DNA of 63,971 nucleotides, filler included, from Stramenopiles sp. TOSAG23-6 (taxonomy: Eukaryota): NCBI GenBank assembly GCA_900128565.1. It is 3 parts of 3 records of this genome, joined end to end, with 100 filler letters (N's around TTAATTAATTAA, not from the genome) between each part and the next. Parts side by side here need not be neighbours in the genome. Positions count along the whole stretch, not along the records: positions 1 to 22,444 come from LT636014.1; 2 more parts are not named here. One strand, 5' to 3'. This document shows, one piece after another, positions 12,218 through 22,544 of the stretch. The position numbers were made by a program, and so were the translations under genes. Position 1 is the stretch's first letter. Each line of letters opens with the position of its first letter. The notes beneath the pieces were generated by a model. That model was not told the DNA's origin. It searched no databases and saw only the letters and a list, made by a program, of their open reading frames with translations.

Positions 12218-14271
12218 ATGGATTCTGAGCATATATTCAATGGCATTGCTCAACAAGGGGCTCGAAAAGAGGGTGGAAGAGGCCGTGGAAGAGGTCATGG
12301 AAGTGGTCGTGGAAGAGGTCGTGGAAGAGGTCGCCGTGGAAGAGGTCGCGGTCGCCGTCACCATGCACAAAATGAAGTAAAACGTCACAATAGTGGTCAC
12401 AAAAGAATTCGTGAGAGAAGTTACAGTTCATCCAGTCGTCAGGGTAGTCGTGATGCTCCGCGTACTGTAAAAGATCTGGAACAGCAGCTTTTTTCGCAAA
12501 ATGTGCCGCAAGCACGCAAAAAGAATAATAAAAAACGGAGGAAAAAAAAGAAAAATTCGTTGAATATTAATGTAAATTCTGCGAATAGTTCACAAAACAA
12601 TGGCGTTCGGCGTTCACCTAGAGTAATTGCAAAAACTTTTCAGAACGATACTGAGATGCCGGATTTCACACCAACTATAAGTTCCGGAAAGAAAAAAGAT
12701 TTTATGACTTCTTCTACTTTTGCTTCTTTGGACATTGACACGCGTCTAAAAAGAGGTCTGGCTGAAGTAATGAAATATGTCACAATGACACGTGTCCAAG
12801 AACAAACACTTCCAACTGCTCTAAGTGGAGTTGATTTACTTGCACAAGCTAAAACAGGGACGGGGAAGACTTTGGGATTTCTCATCCCTTCGATAGACAA
12901 CGTCTTACGCTGTCGACAGCGTTTGAGTGGTGTTTCCATCATTGCAATTTCACCGACCAGAGAATTAGCTAACCAAATATGTACAGAAGCATCAAAGTTA
13001 TTATATTTTCATCCTAATTTTAAGACGTGTTCAATGGTGGGTGGAACAAATAAAAAAACTGATATCAAACGTATCAAAAGTGGCATCGATCTTCTCGTAG
13101 CAACTCCTGGCAGGTTGATAGATCACTTGCAGTCAACTCCAGGATTTCGTGAGCAGTGTGCTAGTGTAAAAGTTTTGATTCTCGATGAAGCCGATCAAAT
13201 GCTAGAGATGGGTTTCAGACCTGATCTTACACGAATTATTAGTTATTTACCAAAGGATAGGCAAAGTTTATTATTTTCTGCAACAATGCCTAAAAGTTTG
13301 ATGGATGTGTGTAAAATTGCAGTTAAACATGATTATAAATATATCAATACAATACCAAAAGATCAGCAGCAGACTCACAAAAAAGTTCCACAAGCTGTTG
13401 TCGTTGCACCAGTGGATCAAATTACAAATATGGTTATGAAAGAAATCTCTATAGAGATGCAAAGGCATCCAAATAATTTTAAAGTCATGATATTTTTTGT
13501 GACTGCTCGTTTGACCGGATTTATGGCAACTTTATGTCGAAAAGCTCGTATACCTACTATAGAAATGCATTCAAGAAAAAGTCAATCATACCGCACAAAA
13601 GCAGCCAAACAATTCCGTGATGGAACAAAACTGGTATTGTTTACGTCTGATGTATCCGCGAGAGGTGTTGATTACCCTGATGTGACGCTTGTCATGCAAG
13701 TTGGTATGACTGAACGAGAGCCTTACATGTATGTTTTATTTTTTTTCAAATTCGATTTTTTTTTCATACGAAATTTTGTACCTAACGAATTTTTTTTTGA
13801 AATATTTTTCTAAAATACATTCATCGTCTTGGTCGAACTGCTCGTGCAGCAAGTGGAGTAGAAGGTCGAGGAAAGCTAGTATTAGCCCCATTTGAGTCAA
13901 AATTTTGTCTTTCATTACTTACTGAGTTACCTATACAATTTGAGACGTATGTGCCTTGCAAAGATACTCATCCAGAAGTTTTTACTCATGTGACTCGGAT
14001 GCTGAATGATATAAAAAAAGATCCGGAAATGAGAAAAGCAGCTGCACAAGCGTATCAAGCATGGATTGGATTCTATAATGGTTACTTGCGAAAATTACGT
14101 TGGAACAAACCTGAACTCGTTCGCATGGGGACGGAATTTGCAAGGTCTATCAATGCATTGGACGTACAAGGAAACCCTCCAGCTCTTCTTCGACGAACTG
14201 TTGGGAAAATGGGACTGAAAGGAATTCGTGGTCTTACGATTGTGAACTCACCAAATGATTTAGTCTACTAA
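12218..14271 (+). CDS. DEAD-box RNA helicase (Mss116/RH25-26-like), 2 exons (12218-13728, 13821-14271)
   Basis: AQAKTGTGKT, SPTRELA, TPGRL, DEAD, SAT, ARGVD; motif VI YIHRLGRTAR forms only across the intron; N-terminal RG repeats. Confidence 0.92.
13729..13820 (+). other. Non-canonical intron GT...AT (92 nt)
   Basis: AT|GTATGT...GTACCTAAC...AAATACAT|T; contains no AG; restores helicase motif VI. Confidence 0.92.
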
Positions 14272-14497
14272 ATTTCTAAATTATTTAGAAAATGAAAAAT
14301 ATGTCGAATTTGAAAAAAACAAAAGTCAAAAAAAAGATCAAAAAAATGCTTGTGAGATACCTTACTTACTATATAGTTCAATCAAAATTAATGAAAGTTT
14401 TATATATAATATATTATTCTTATAAATACACATATATCATTTTGTTTTTCAAGTCATTCTCGATATACCCATATCATAATCGATCCAGCAATTTTGT

Positions 14498-16153
14498 TCA
14501 TCTCATTGTGTCTACCACACACAAATTCGCTTTATAATCACAACTTTTACAATCGTCCAAATCCATACCAATGCCCTGCTGATCGGGACCAGCCGTCACC
14601 CCCTCTGAAAAATCACAACCACCAAGGACGTAACAATCATCCAGATTACAGCTTTGACATTCCTCTGCGCCATCTGTAGTGCAGCCTGATAGAGTGGCGG
14701 TTTGATTTGCCTGTGTATGTGCGTTGAACCATGTGACTGTTGTATCAGACGTTGACCTTGGTGTACCGTTTGAACATGTGCATACATTTGCGGAGCAAGA
14801 AGACCCGTTCAAGTGATAATAGTTGTCGCATGAGCTGCAGATTTCCAAGCCAGAGTCACCGCAACTATCACCTGTTGCAGCTGTACCATTTGAGCAAGTG
14901 CAATCTCCTCCTGGAGTAGGTGCTGGTGTAGGTGCAGAAGTAGGAATATTTTCTGTCTCGGTCACTGTTCCACGCATTGCCGTACACCCGTACATAGATT
15001 CTGATGTAATAGGGTTGACAGTTGTGCCGTACATCTGACGACAAGTTTTACAAAGGTCCAGATCCGAACCGATGTACTGAGCGTCAGGACCATAACCTCC
15101 GGCTCCATTTGAGTAGTCACAACCACCAAGGACATAACAATTAGTGGTGTCACAGCTTTGACATTCCTCTTCGCCATGCGTAGTGCAGCCTGATAGAGTG
15201 GCAGTGGCTGTTCCGCCCGTTGGGATTATATCATACGTGATTGTCATAGTATAGACTGATCTTGGTGTACCGTTTGAACATGTGCATACATTTGCGGCGC
15301 AAGAGGATCCATCCAAGTGATAATAGTTGTCGCATGAGCTGCAGCTTTCTGCGCCATCACTTGTGCAGCTGCTACCTGATGCTGCTGTACCATTTGAACA
15401 AGTACACGCATATGCATTTGCAGCACAAGACAATGATCCGTTTAAGGTATAGCCGCTGTTACANGAGCTGCANATTTCGGTGCCATCAGTTGTGCAGGCA
15501 CTACCTGANGCAGCTGTACCATTTGAGCAAGTACATGATGCTGTAGTAGTGACAATGTCGCAGTCTAAATAGGTAGCGTCGTTCATCGTAGTAGTGTCGT
15601 CCTCACCATCAAAGCAAGTACCATCAAATGCGGTTTGCGAGACATCTGTCAGTCCACCAGCAAAGACCATATTCTCAAGCCCAGTGTTTTTGAATGCATT
15701 GTTCTTGATCTTCTTAAGATTTGGGCATCCTGAAAGGTCAAGACTTACAAGATTTGAGCAACCTTTGAAAGCCTTTGCTTTAATTTTTTTGAGGGTAGTA
15801 GAGACAATTGTCAAAGTCTTGATATTATCACAATTTTTGACTGCATTCGCCTCAATCGAAGTCACTGAACTTAAGTTAAAGGTAAGATGAGTGTCAGCGG
15901 ATGATGGACATGGATCGAGTACTAAATCCCAATCATTTTTAGTGTCATAATTATCACCATCTCCTGAAGTGAATTCGACGACACTTTGGAGATGACGGCG
16001 AGACGAAGTTTCGACGGACTGCGAATTCAACTGAAAAGTTACTGCGATAAGCCCAAAGATTGCAAGAACGATACTTGCACGGAAAATGCCACTGGATCGA
16101 GACTTCTTCTCGTTCATCATAGACATATCCATGTCAACTTTGATAATCTCCAT
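14498..16153 (-). CDS. Type II membrane/surface protein with BspA-type leucine-rich repeats and Cys-rich (CTCSNGT) repeats
   Basis: N-terminal TM; IEANAVKNC/IKAKAFKGCSNL/IKNNAFKNTGL repeats; five CTCSNGT modules. Confidence 0.8.
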   Translation of the reverse strand: MEIIKVDMDMSMMNEKKSRSSGIFRASIVLAIFGLIAVTFQLNSQSVETSSRRHLQSVVEFTSGDGDNYDTKNDWDLVLDPCPSSADTHLTFNLSSVTSIEANAVKNCDNIKTLTIVSTTLKKIKAKAFKGCSNLVSLDLSGCPNLKKIKNNAFKNTGLENMVFAGGLTDVSQTAFDGTCFDGEDDTTTMNDATYLDCDIVTTTASCTCSNGTAXSGSACTTDGTEXCSXCNSGYTLNGSLSCAANAYACTCSNGTAASGSSCTSDGAESCSSCDNYYHLDGSSCAANVCTCSNGTPRSVYTMTITYDIIPTGGTATATLSGCTTHGEEECQSCDTTNCYVLGGCDYSNGAGGYGPDAQYIGSDLDLCKTCRQMYGTTVNPITSESMYGCTAMRGTVTETENIPTSAPTPAPTPGGDCTCSNGTAATGDSCGDSGLEICSSCDNYYHLNGSSCSANVCTCSNGTPRSTSDTTVTWFNAHTQANQTATLSGCTTDGAEECQSCNLDDCYVLGGCDFSEGVTAGPDQQGIGMDLDDCKSCDYKANLCVVDTMR

Positions 16154-16391
16154 TGTCTTTTTCTCAGCAAGATTTTTAAAGTTATCCGCGGGGATACAAG
16201 GAAGGATACAGTCCCTTGGATACAGAGAGCGAGTTTAAATCGTTTGGAGGGGCTTTTAATAGCATGTTTGTTCCATCAACCGTATAAGTCAAAAGTGTAG
16301 ATCAAAAGGTACCATGAACAATGTATTAAAATGATTTAAATTTTATTTTGGATGAAATCAATACACTTTATTTTCATCCTGAAAATCAAAT

Positions 16392-18179
16392 TTATGTAAC
16401 TAACATTTTTTTAGCAAATGTGCTCATACAACAACCAAATGCCTGTATAGGTGAAAATGGGTATTTAAAATCTAGAGAATATACATTCCTTCTCACTTTC
16501 CCAAAACGAAGCTGTTCTGTATCAATCCCAAATTCACTTTCTAGATGACATGTGTTGTAAAAAAATATTTTAAAAATTTGAAATTCGTTAGGTATGGTAT
16601 TTGGTACGAAAAGAATAAATTTGAAATTCATGATAAAAACGTACATGAACTTTCCACCTCAAGTAGAAAATTTTTTTTTGACGCTTTCTTTACACGACCA
16701 TCAAAATTGAGAGTCCACGCATTCAAATCTTTATTCCATTTATTGTAAAAAAATATAAAAAAAAAATCGTTAGGTACAAAAGTTTCTATGAAAAAAAAAA
16801 AAAAAAAAGTCGATATTATTTTGAAAACGTACACGATGGCTGTTTTGTACGAAATTGTAATAATTGAGACTGTTCTTGAACGCCCAAAGATGCATATTCA
16901 TTTCTAATAACCTCCTTCTCACCTCCGGTAGGTTTCTCCTTTGTAATTCGATTTTTTTGTTCCATATCAAATCGGTCACAAAGACTCATAAAATTAGCTT
17001 TCAATGCATCTTCATCATCATGACGTGGTAGTATCACTTTCATGTATTTTGGAAAAATATTTGAAAAAAAAATTGTTCGGTACAAAATTTCGTATGAAAA
17101 AATAAATTCGAAATAAAAAAAAAATAAAACATACATCGAGTTTGGCACTCGGGCTAAGATATTAGTCTCAAAACGAATATGGATTAAATCGTGAGCAGCA
17201 TATATTTTCAAAAATACTTTACATTTTGATGTTTCTTTGTTAGGTACAAAATTTGGTATGAAAAAGATATTTATTCAATTTTGAAAAAAACGTACATGAC
17301 TACTTTTCACCTTTAATTGAGGATTTCGTGCTCTATAATCAAAAAGAGAAAACTGCTTTCCAGTCATATTACTTATCATACACCCTAAATATACTGGACT
17401 TGACTCAGATGTTGGTATACTATCTATAGTTGTTAGCCTAAAAGTGTTATTAATTGTACTAAATATACAGAGACCCTTGTGCGTACTATTCATACTAGCA
17501 GCCATGTNTTCGTGAAAAAATATTTTTTTTTTGTCAAAAAGCTTGTTAGGTACAAAATTGTGTATGAAAAAAAATATATATTCATGATGAAAACATACAT
17601 CATAAATTCGCCCGATTGTTTGTGAAAATGCCAAGCAGTAACAAACGCACCGACGTATCGACGAATATATCCTAAACACCATATATCAGACACGGAATCA
17701 GTTACAGGAGATAAAAATGTTGCCTTTTGTCCGTGCATTAGTTGGTGCAGACGCTGACCTTCTGGAACCTCAGCAAAGTCCGTTGTTGGTTTCTCTTTAA
17801 ATATTCCTCGGAGCTTATTTGGATTATCTTTTATTGGTTCGCTTATTAAAGCATTACCCGTAGAGAGATCAAAGAGTTCATCTCCACTAGCAGAATACTC
17901 TTCGTAGGACTCTTCGTCGTCAGAAACATTATTTGAGCCTTCTTGAGAACTGTTATCCGAGTCTTTCTTAGAATCCTCAACATCTACAGTCACAAGTTCT
18001 GCCTGTATGTTGCTTTCTTTTACAGTGGGCGTACTTAATTTATTCACGTCTGTGCTGATTGGCTCACTTAGAATACCCTTCTCTACATTTGATTCAGTCT
18101 CTAAGGGAGCTGCGTTTAAATTAGTTTCGGCTACATCACCGAAAATATCCCAAACGTCATCGAACTTTTGATCTCCCAT
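16392..18179 (-). CDS. Tubby-domain protein, 6 exons (18179-17599, 17503-17296, 17199-17135, 17041-16833, 16737-16645, 16549-16392)
   Basis: Spliced product contains FETNILARVPNSMKV, KQPSWNKDLNAWTLNFDGRVKKASKKNF, LRFGKV, YSLDFKYPFSPIQAFGCCMSTF (Tub C-terminal motifs). Confidence 0.88.
16550..16644 (-). other. Non-canonical intron GT...AT (95 nt)
   Basis: AT|GTACGT...ATACCTAAC...AACACAT|GT. Confidence 0.8.
16738..16832 (-). other. Non-canonical intron GT...AT (95 nt)
   Basis: GT|GTACGT...GTACCTAAC...AATAAAT|GG; restores KQPSWN. Confidence 0.85.
17042..17134 (-). other. Non-canonical intron GT...AT (93 nt, in frame, stop-free)
   Basis: AT|GTATGT...GTACCGAAC...AATACAT|G; restores PNSMKV. Confidence 0.8.
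17200..17295 (-). other. Non-canonical intron GT...AT (96 nt)
   Basis: AT|GTACGT...GTACCTAAC...AATATAT|G; contains an in-frame stop. Confidence 0.8.
17504..17598 (-). other. Non-canonical intron GT...AT (95 nt)
   Basis: AT|GTATGT...GTACCTAAC...AANACAT|G. Confidence 0.8.
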
Positions 18180-18607
18180 ATTCAGTGTAGTTCCAATTCT
18201 TTTGTAGGCTTAAATAATGATCGTAATTTCAACTCTAATATTTTGCAAAACTTGAGCTCAGGTTTCAGATTAATCGTAAATCTCCTCAAAATAATCAAGT
18301 TTCTACAAGGAACGAGATACGTAGCCTTCCTTTGAAGTTTGAACTGCCTGAAAGGAGGAGGAGGCTCTCTCGAGGATAATTTAACCAATTTAACCGTCGC
18401 AAAATTCACTAAAAAAAAATTAAAACTTATCAAAATAAACCGTTATTTCGATTTCGCGCTAGACGAAGATAGTACGTTCAACAGTATCGTTCAAGATACT
18501 CTCAAGATACGCTCAAAATATCGTAAGGCGCACACACCTAGCAAGGCCTACGTAATTGTACACTTCATTTTTAAAGCCCTTTCCTCCCTTTATATTCTAA
18601 ACGCATT

Positions 18608-19465
18608 ATGAAATCAGACGTTCCAGTGTCACACGCACAACCAGTATACGTAGCGGCACCGACGCAGCCAGTATACGTCATGGCGTCACCCACGCACCAA
18701 ACACCACTTTTGAAGCAGAATCAAAAAACACAAAAAGTTCACAACAAATTCGCATACATAACAATGGTTGTACTTTTCATTGCATTTGGACTTCAAATTG
18801 GTGCACTGGGTTGGGATACGTACGGTGAAATTAAAGGTGGAATTAAAATAAAAAATTTCACAGTGAAAGGTAAGTTTGATTTGGGTTGGAAAAAATGCAA
18901 AAGAAGTGTTTCCGTGTCGAGTCTGAAAGATACTGTTTCCGCGTCATACAAGAGTATGAAAGAGGATGGCGTCGATTACGTTGACGATATAATCTTTGCA
19001 GGAAAATTCATCTTCGGAGGCTTAATTACCTCTTTACTGCTGAATGTTATCGCCACGGCTCTAATTTTGTTGCACCAAAAGAATCTAGCTGTAATTGTTG
19101 TCAGTCTTGCTATTGTTTCCGGAGTAACTGCTATTTGCGTATGGAAGTTTGAGGGTGAAAAGTCCGTGAAAAATTTCATAAAAGAGTGGCGTACGAGTGA
19201 ACCGGCTTGGCTAAAGAAGGGGGTAAGCACCCTTCATGGGCGTCAAAAGTTTGACTATCCAAGCTTTGACTGGGACAATGAAGGGACCAATGAAGGGACC
19301 AATGAAGGGAGCTTTGACTGGCCTGACTGGACCTTTGACCATCCCGTTCACCATCCCGTGAAAATGGAATCTTCTTTTAATATGTTTGTGAAATCTACAA
19401 TTTTGGGCGCGGTAGCTAATATCTTAATGTTTTGTACTTCAATTACTTATGCATGTGCAGCCTAA
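18608..19465 (+). CDS. Four-TM membrane protein (claudin/amastin-like topology)
   Basis: 285 aa, four hydrophobic segments with a large first loop; family assignment is inference. Confidence 0.7.
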   Translation: MKSDVPVSHAQPVYVAAPTQPVYVMASPTHQTPLLKQNQKTQKVHNKFAYITMVVLFIAFGLQIGALGWDTYGEIKGGIKIKNFTVKGKFDLGWKKCKRSVSVSSLKDTVSASYKSMKEDGVDYVDDIIFAGKFIFGGLITSLLLNVIATALILLHQKNLAVIVVSLAIVSGVTAICVWKFEGEKSVKNFIKEWRTSEPAWLKKGVSTLHGRQKFDYPSFDWDNEGTNEGTNEGSFDWPDWTFDHPVHHPVKMESSFNMFVKSTILGAVANILMFCTSITYACAA

Positions 19466-19564
19466 GGGGAAAATACGAAACACTTAAATGCGCAATGAAT
19501 TTTATTTGTTTAATTTTCAAGTCAGCACAATAAAAAGAAGACAGTGTTACTCAAAATATTATAA

Positions 19565-21052
19565 TCACGCTGTTGTAGGTATTGTTGAACTAGTATTACT
19601 GATAGTGAAAGATTTCACAGAAGAGCCACCAGTTTGCTTCATATTTGCAGTATTTGCAGCTTCATTTTCATTTTCCATTTCTTCATCGATAAACCTTCGC
19701 GATGCGTCAAACCAAGCATTCGGATGATTTCCAACATCATTTGCATCAGCACCTTTATGTGTTACTTCAAAATGCTTTCTACATGCAATTTGAAAATGGC
19801 CATTCTTTGCAGCATCAATAATATTATTGATATCACTACCACTGACTTTGAGCTTAGATAATCGTGCTCGAAGATGAGTGTCATCCCAATGACGAAACGG
19901 GCAACCGTGACTTTGCCCTGCAGCTGGCGCAGGTCCCATTATAATTTTCATGCACCCATGTGGTGTATAGTTAGCGCGTTTACCTTCCTTACCATAACTA
20001 TGGCGTATATTGTAGGCATATTTTTTGTCAAAGTCATCGGAAGACATCTTCTTTGTAAATGTATTTTTCCAAAAGGTCATGGCGTCTTCAAGTGAAAGCC
20101 CAATCCCTTTTAAGAAAAGTCCATACTGTTGTCGACCTTCATATTTCAAATGATGTTGCTGGCGCATAGCTGTGTGTAGATTATTCATACACATAGGCAT
20201 TGAGGAACGAGAGAGAGAATCAATCATTGCAGGAGTAACCTTATCAAGAATCTTCACGTCGGCACTATAATCTTTACCCAAATATTGTCTGCTAATATTT
20301 TTCAAAAGTGGTGTCAAACGGTTGTCAGATAAAACGCGCACCATAGACTTTGCAGCCAATGCTAGAGATTTGGATAAATGTTCACGAAAACGACGCTGTA
20401 GAAGATTGATTAGATGCTCTCGTGGTACAAACGCAAAACCATCATTGACAAAAACTTGACGTCTTTGAACTAGCTCAAGAGCTTGTTCGAATGGAACACG
20501 AAAATAGTTAATTTCTAGTTGTTCAGTTTTATTGCCATATGCATTTGCCGCGTGCACCTGTCGCAATTGTCGGGAGAAAAGTTCTCGGTCACTCGCAGAT
20601 ATTTGCTCATAGTTGAGTTTGTATATCCTCATAAACGCATCGACATCCTTCGGACTCTCCTCTTTAAAACGATGACGAAATAATGCGCACTCATTCGATA
20701 AAAACCAGCGACGCAGTTCCTCTGTTTGACAATACGCCAAACGAAGAATATAATGCGATATGGTATCTTTTCTTTCGTCGCCTTTAAAACGTAAACGAAG
20801 TACTCGGTCGTGTATTTTCTTCACAGCTGCACTAAACTCCTCCCCCTTCAGACCCTGATCCTGAGCTGTTGCAATTGCTTGCAAAACCTGTAAACGATCA
20901 TATGCAAATGACTCAAACTCATCAAGAGAAACATCTTGTGATGGTGGTATTGTATACAGTGATAACCGCGTCTCCAAAGGACGGCGCCCATCACGTCCTT
21001 GTCTGCCTGTTCCAGGGGTAGTAGTTCGTTTAGATGTCGACAAGATTTCCAT
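19565..21052 (-). CDS. PRIM2: DNA primase large subunit
   Basis: SLDEFESFAYDRL, DTISHYILRLAYC, PMCM, HHLKYEGRQQYGLFLKGIGL, YAYNIRHSYG, HGCPF, HPNAWF. Confidence 0.95.
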   Translation of the reverse strand: MEILSTSKRTTTPGTGRQGRDGRRPLETRLSLYTIPPSQDVSLDEFESFAYDRLQVLQAIATAQDQGLKGEEFSAAVKKIHDRVLRLRFKGDERKDTISHYILRLAYCQTEELRRWFLSNECALFRHRFKEESPKDVDAFMRIYKLNYEQISASDRELFSRQLRQVHAANAYGNKTEQLEINYFRVPFEQALELVQRRQVFVNDGFAFVPREHLINLLQRRFREHLSKSLALAAKSMVRVLSDNRLTPLLKNISRQYLGKDYSADVKILDKVTPAMIDSLSRSSMPMCMNNLHTAMRQQHHLKYEGRQQYGLFLKGIGLSLEDAMTFWKNTFTKKMSSDDFDKKYAYNIRHSYGKEGKRANYTPHGCMKIIMGPAPAAGQSHGCPFRHWDDTHLRARLSKLKVSGSDINNIIDAAKNGHFQIACRKHFEVTHKGADANDVGNHPNAWFDASRRFIDEEMENENEAANTANMKQTGGSSVKSFTISNTSSTIPTTA

Positions 21053-21463
21053 ACTGAAACTCTAGTTTGTGCTTAAAGGCTTATCTTAGACACCTAAAGA
21101 TAGACAAAGACTGAATAATCTACTGGTATGGCAGAGATACCAATACACGTATCGCCTTATGTACAATCAAATTGAAATTAGGCGGCTCGTTTAGTCTATA
21201 TTGTCCTGGAAAACCTCTCTCTTTTATCCAAGTGTCCGTCAAATTTAGTGAAACATCCCGAAACATCAACGTTGAAAAAATTTATTTTGCGCGCGCGGTC
21301 AACTTTTTGGAAGTCTTCTACTAAAGCACCACGACTCCAAGTATATATAGAGAATATTAATAGATTCCACGCTCTTTGAGTATTGTAATTATATATCAAA
21401 CTCCACGATCCTAGCTACGTATTCGACAAACGTTATAAGTCATCTTCTAGATAATCCTGCAAA

Positions 21464-22443
21464 ATGCCAAAGCGCTGGAAGCGGCGACTCCGAACTCAAA
21501 TGCGGTTGGCTCACGAAGCCAATGCATTACGTGTTCCGAATTCTTCATTGAATAACTCAAAAGTGGTTGAATCAAAGCAGCCCCAGGAATATTTCCCACT
21601 TGACGAAAAAGGTGCTGCTCGTTTTCTTAATGTAGAAGCGATGTCGAAGTCAGATTCCCCTACTGATCTGACGTATCATAGTGCTGGATTACCCATATTA
21701 TATGGTAGTTTAATTGATCTTCCTATTCCTATTCAGGAAGGAAGTGCTGATCTCAAAATAAAGTTAGTCGCCACTGGGGGAGAAATACAGTATTCTGTAT
21801 CTTGGGAGTCTCTCTGCCCAGTAAAGCATTTAGGTGTATCCCCTTCGAAAGTTCAGAAATACATTGAAAGTGAGACATCGCTTAAAAATTCTAATGAAAA
21901 TTCTACAATACCTCCGAGTATTTTTGAAAAAGAAGAGTCACTAGAATTATTGCCCTTAACTAATCTGAAAGGTTCGGACAACATTTCCCTGTTTATTCCT
22001 AAAGCTGGTGTTGTTACATTACATGTGCAAAATAGTAGTACTACCTGGCCCGTAAAGGATGTACATTTTCAAAATTGAATTTCGAATTTTTTTTTTTCAT
22101 AGAAAATTTTGTACCTAACGATTTCTTTTTTTATCTACACTTTTTTTCACAATACATGATGATGTAGTATTACACTACGTTGTCTCTTTAGAACACATTT
22201 GTCCTTTGGTAACGAAACGAAATATCATGTATTCACTTAAAAAGCAGTGTAACGATTTAAATTCGATATATCGTGATAGTCTTAGAGTTGTTGAAGAAAG
22301 TAGTCAAAATTTAGAAACACTTAGAAAGAAATTATGTATGTTTTATTTTTTTTTTTACAAAAAAATCGAATTTATTTTTTTTGAAAAATTTTGTACCTAA
22401 CAAATTTAAGGTTTTTTTTTTNAAANATTTTTNCNAAANACAT
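21464..22443 (+). CDS. Protein with GOLD-like beta domain and coiled coil; 3'-truncated at the linker (exons 21464-22060, 22158-22335)
   Basis: Frames join as WPVKD-DDVVLHYVVSL; GOLD similarity (KAGVVTLHVQNS...W...LHYVV) is tentative. Confidence 0.6.
22061..22157 (+). other. Non-canonical intron GT...AT (97 nt)
   Basis: AT|GTACAT...GTACCTAAC...AATACAT|G. Confidence 0.8.
22336..22443 (+). other. Non-canonical intron GT...AT (~108 nt) at contig end
   Basis: AT|GTATGT...GTACCTAAC...ANACAT; downstream exon missing, several Ns. Confidence 0.65.
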
Positions 22444-22444
22444 A

Positions 22445-22544
22445 NNNNNNNNNNNNNNNNNNNNNNNNNNNNNNNNNNNNNNNNNNNNTTAATTAATTAA
22501 NNNNNNNNNNNNNNNNNNNNNNNNNNNNNNNNNNNNNNNNNNNN
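22445..22544. other. Artificial assembly linker (44N-TTAATTAATTAA-44N)
   Basis: Six-frame-stop spacer; identical structure at 44975-45074. Confidence 0.95.

Noticed and set aside
13729-13820. Inserts as gene-inactivating MITEs or pseudogene lesions
   Set aside because: They are always in sense orientation, excise precisely, and the flanking exons of conserved genes are otherwise intact.
12218-14271. Mss116-like helicase as a dedicated factor for the unusual introns
   Set aside because: Widespread family; nothing in the sequence links it to this intron class beyond hosting one copy.
16219-16266. ATACAGAGA resembling the U6 ACAGAGA box
   Set aside because: Not followed by AGATTAGCATGGCCCC or the U6 internal stem-loop.
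22489-22500. TTAATTAATTAA palindrome inside N runs
   Set aside because: Synthetic six-frame-stop linker, repeated at 45019-45030; adjacency across it is not biological evidence.
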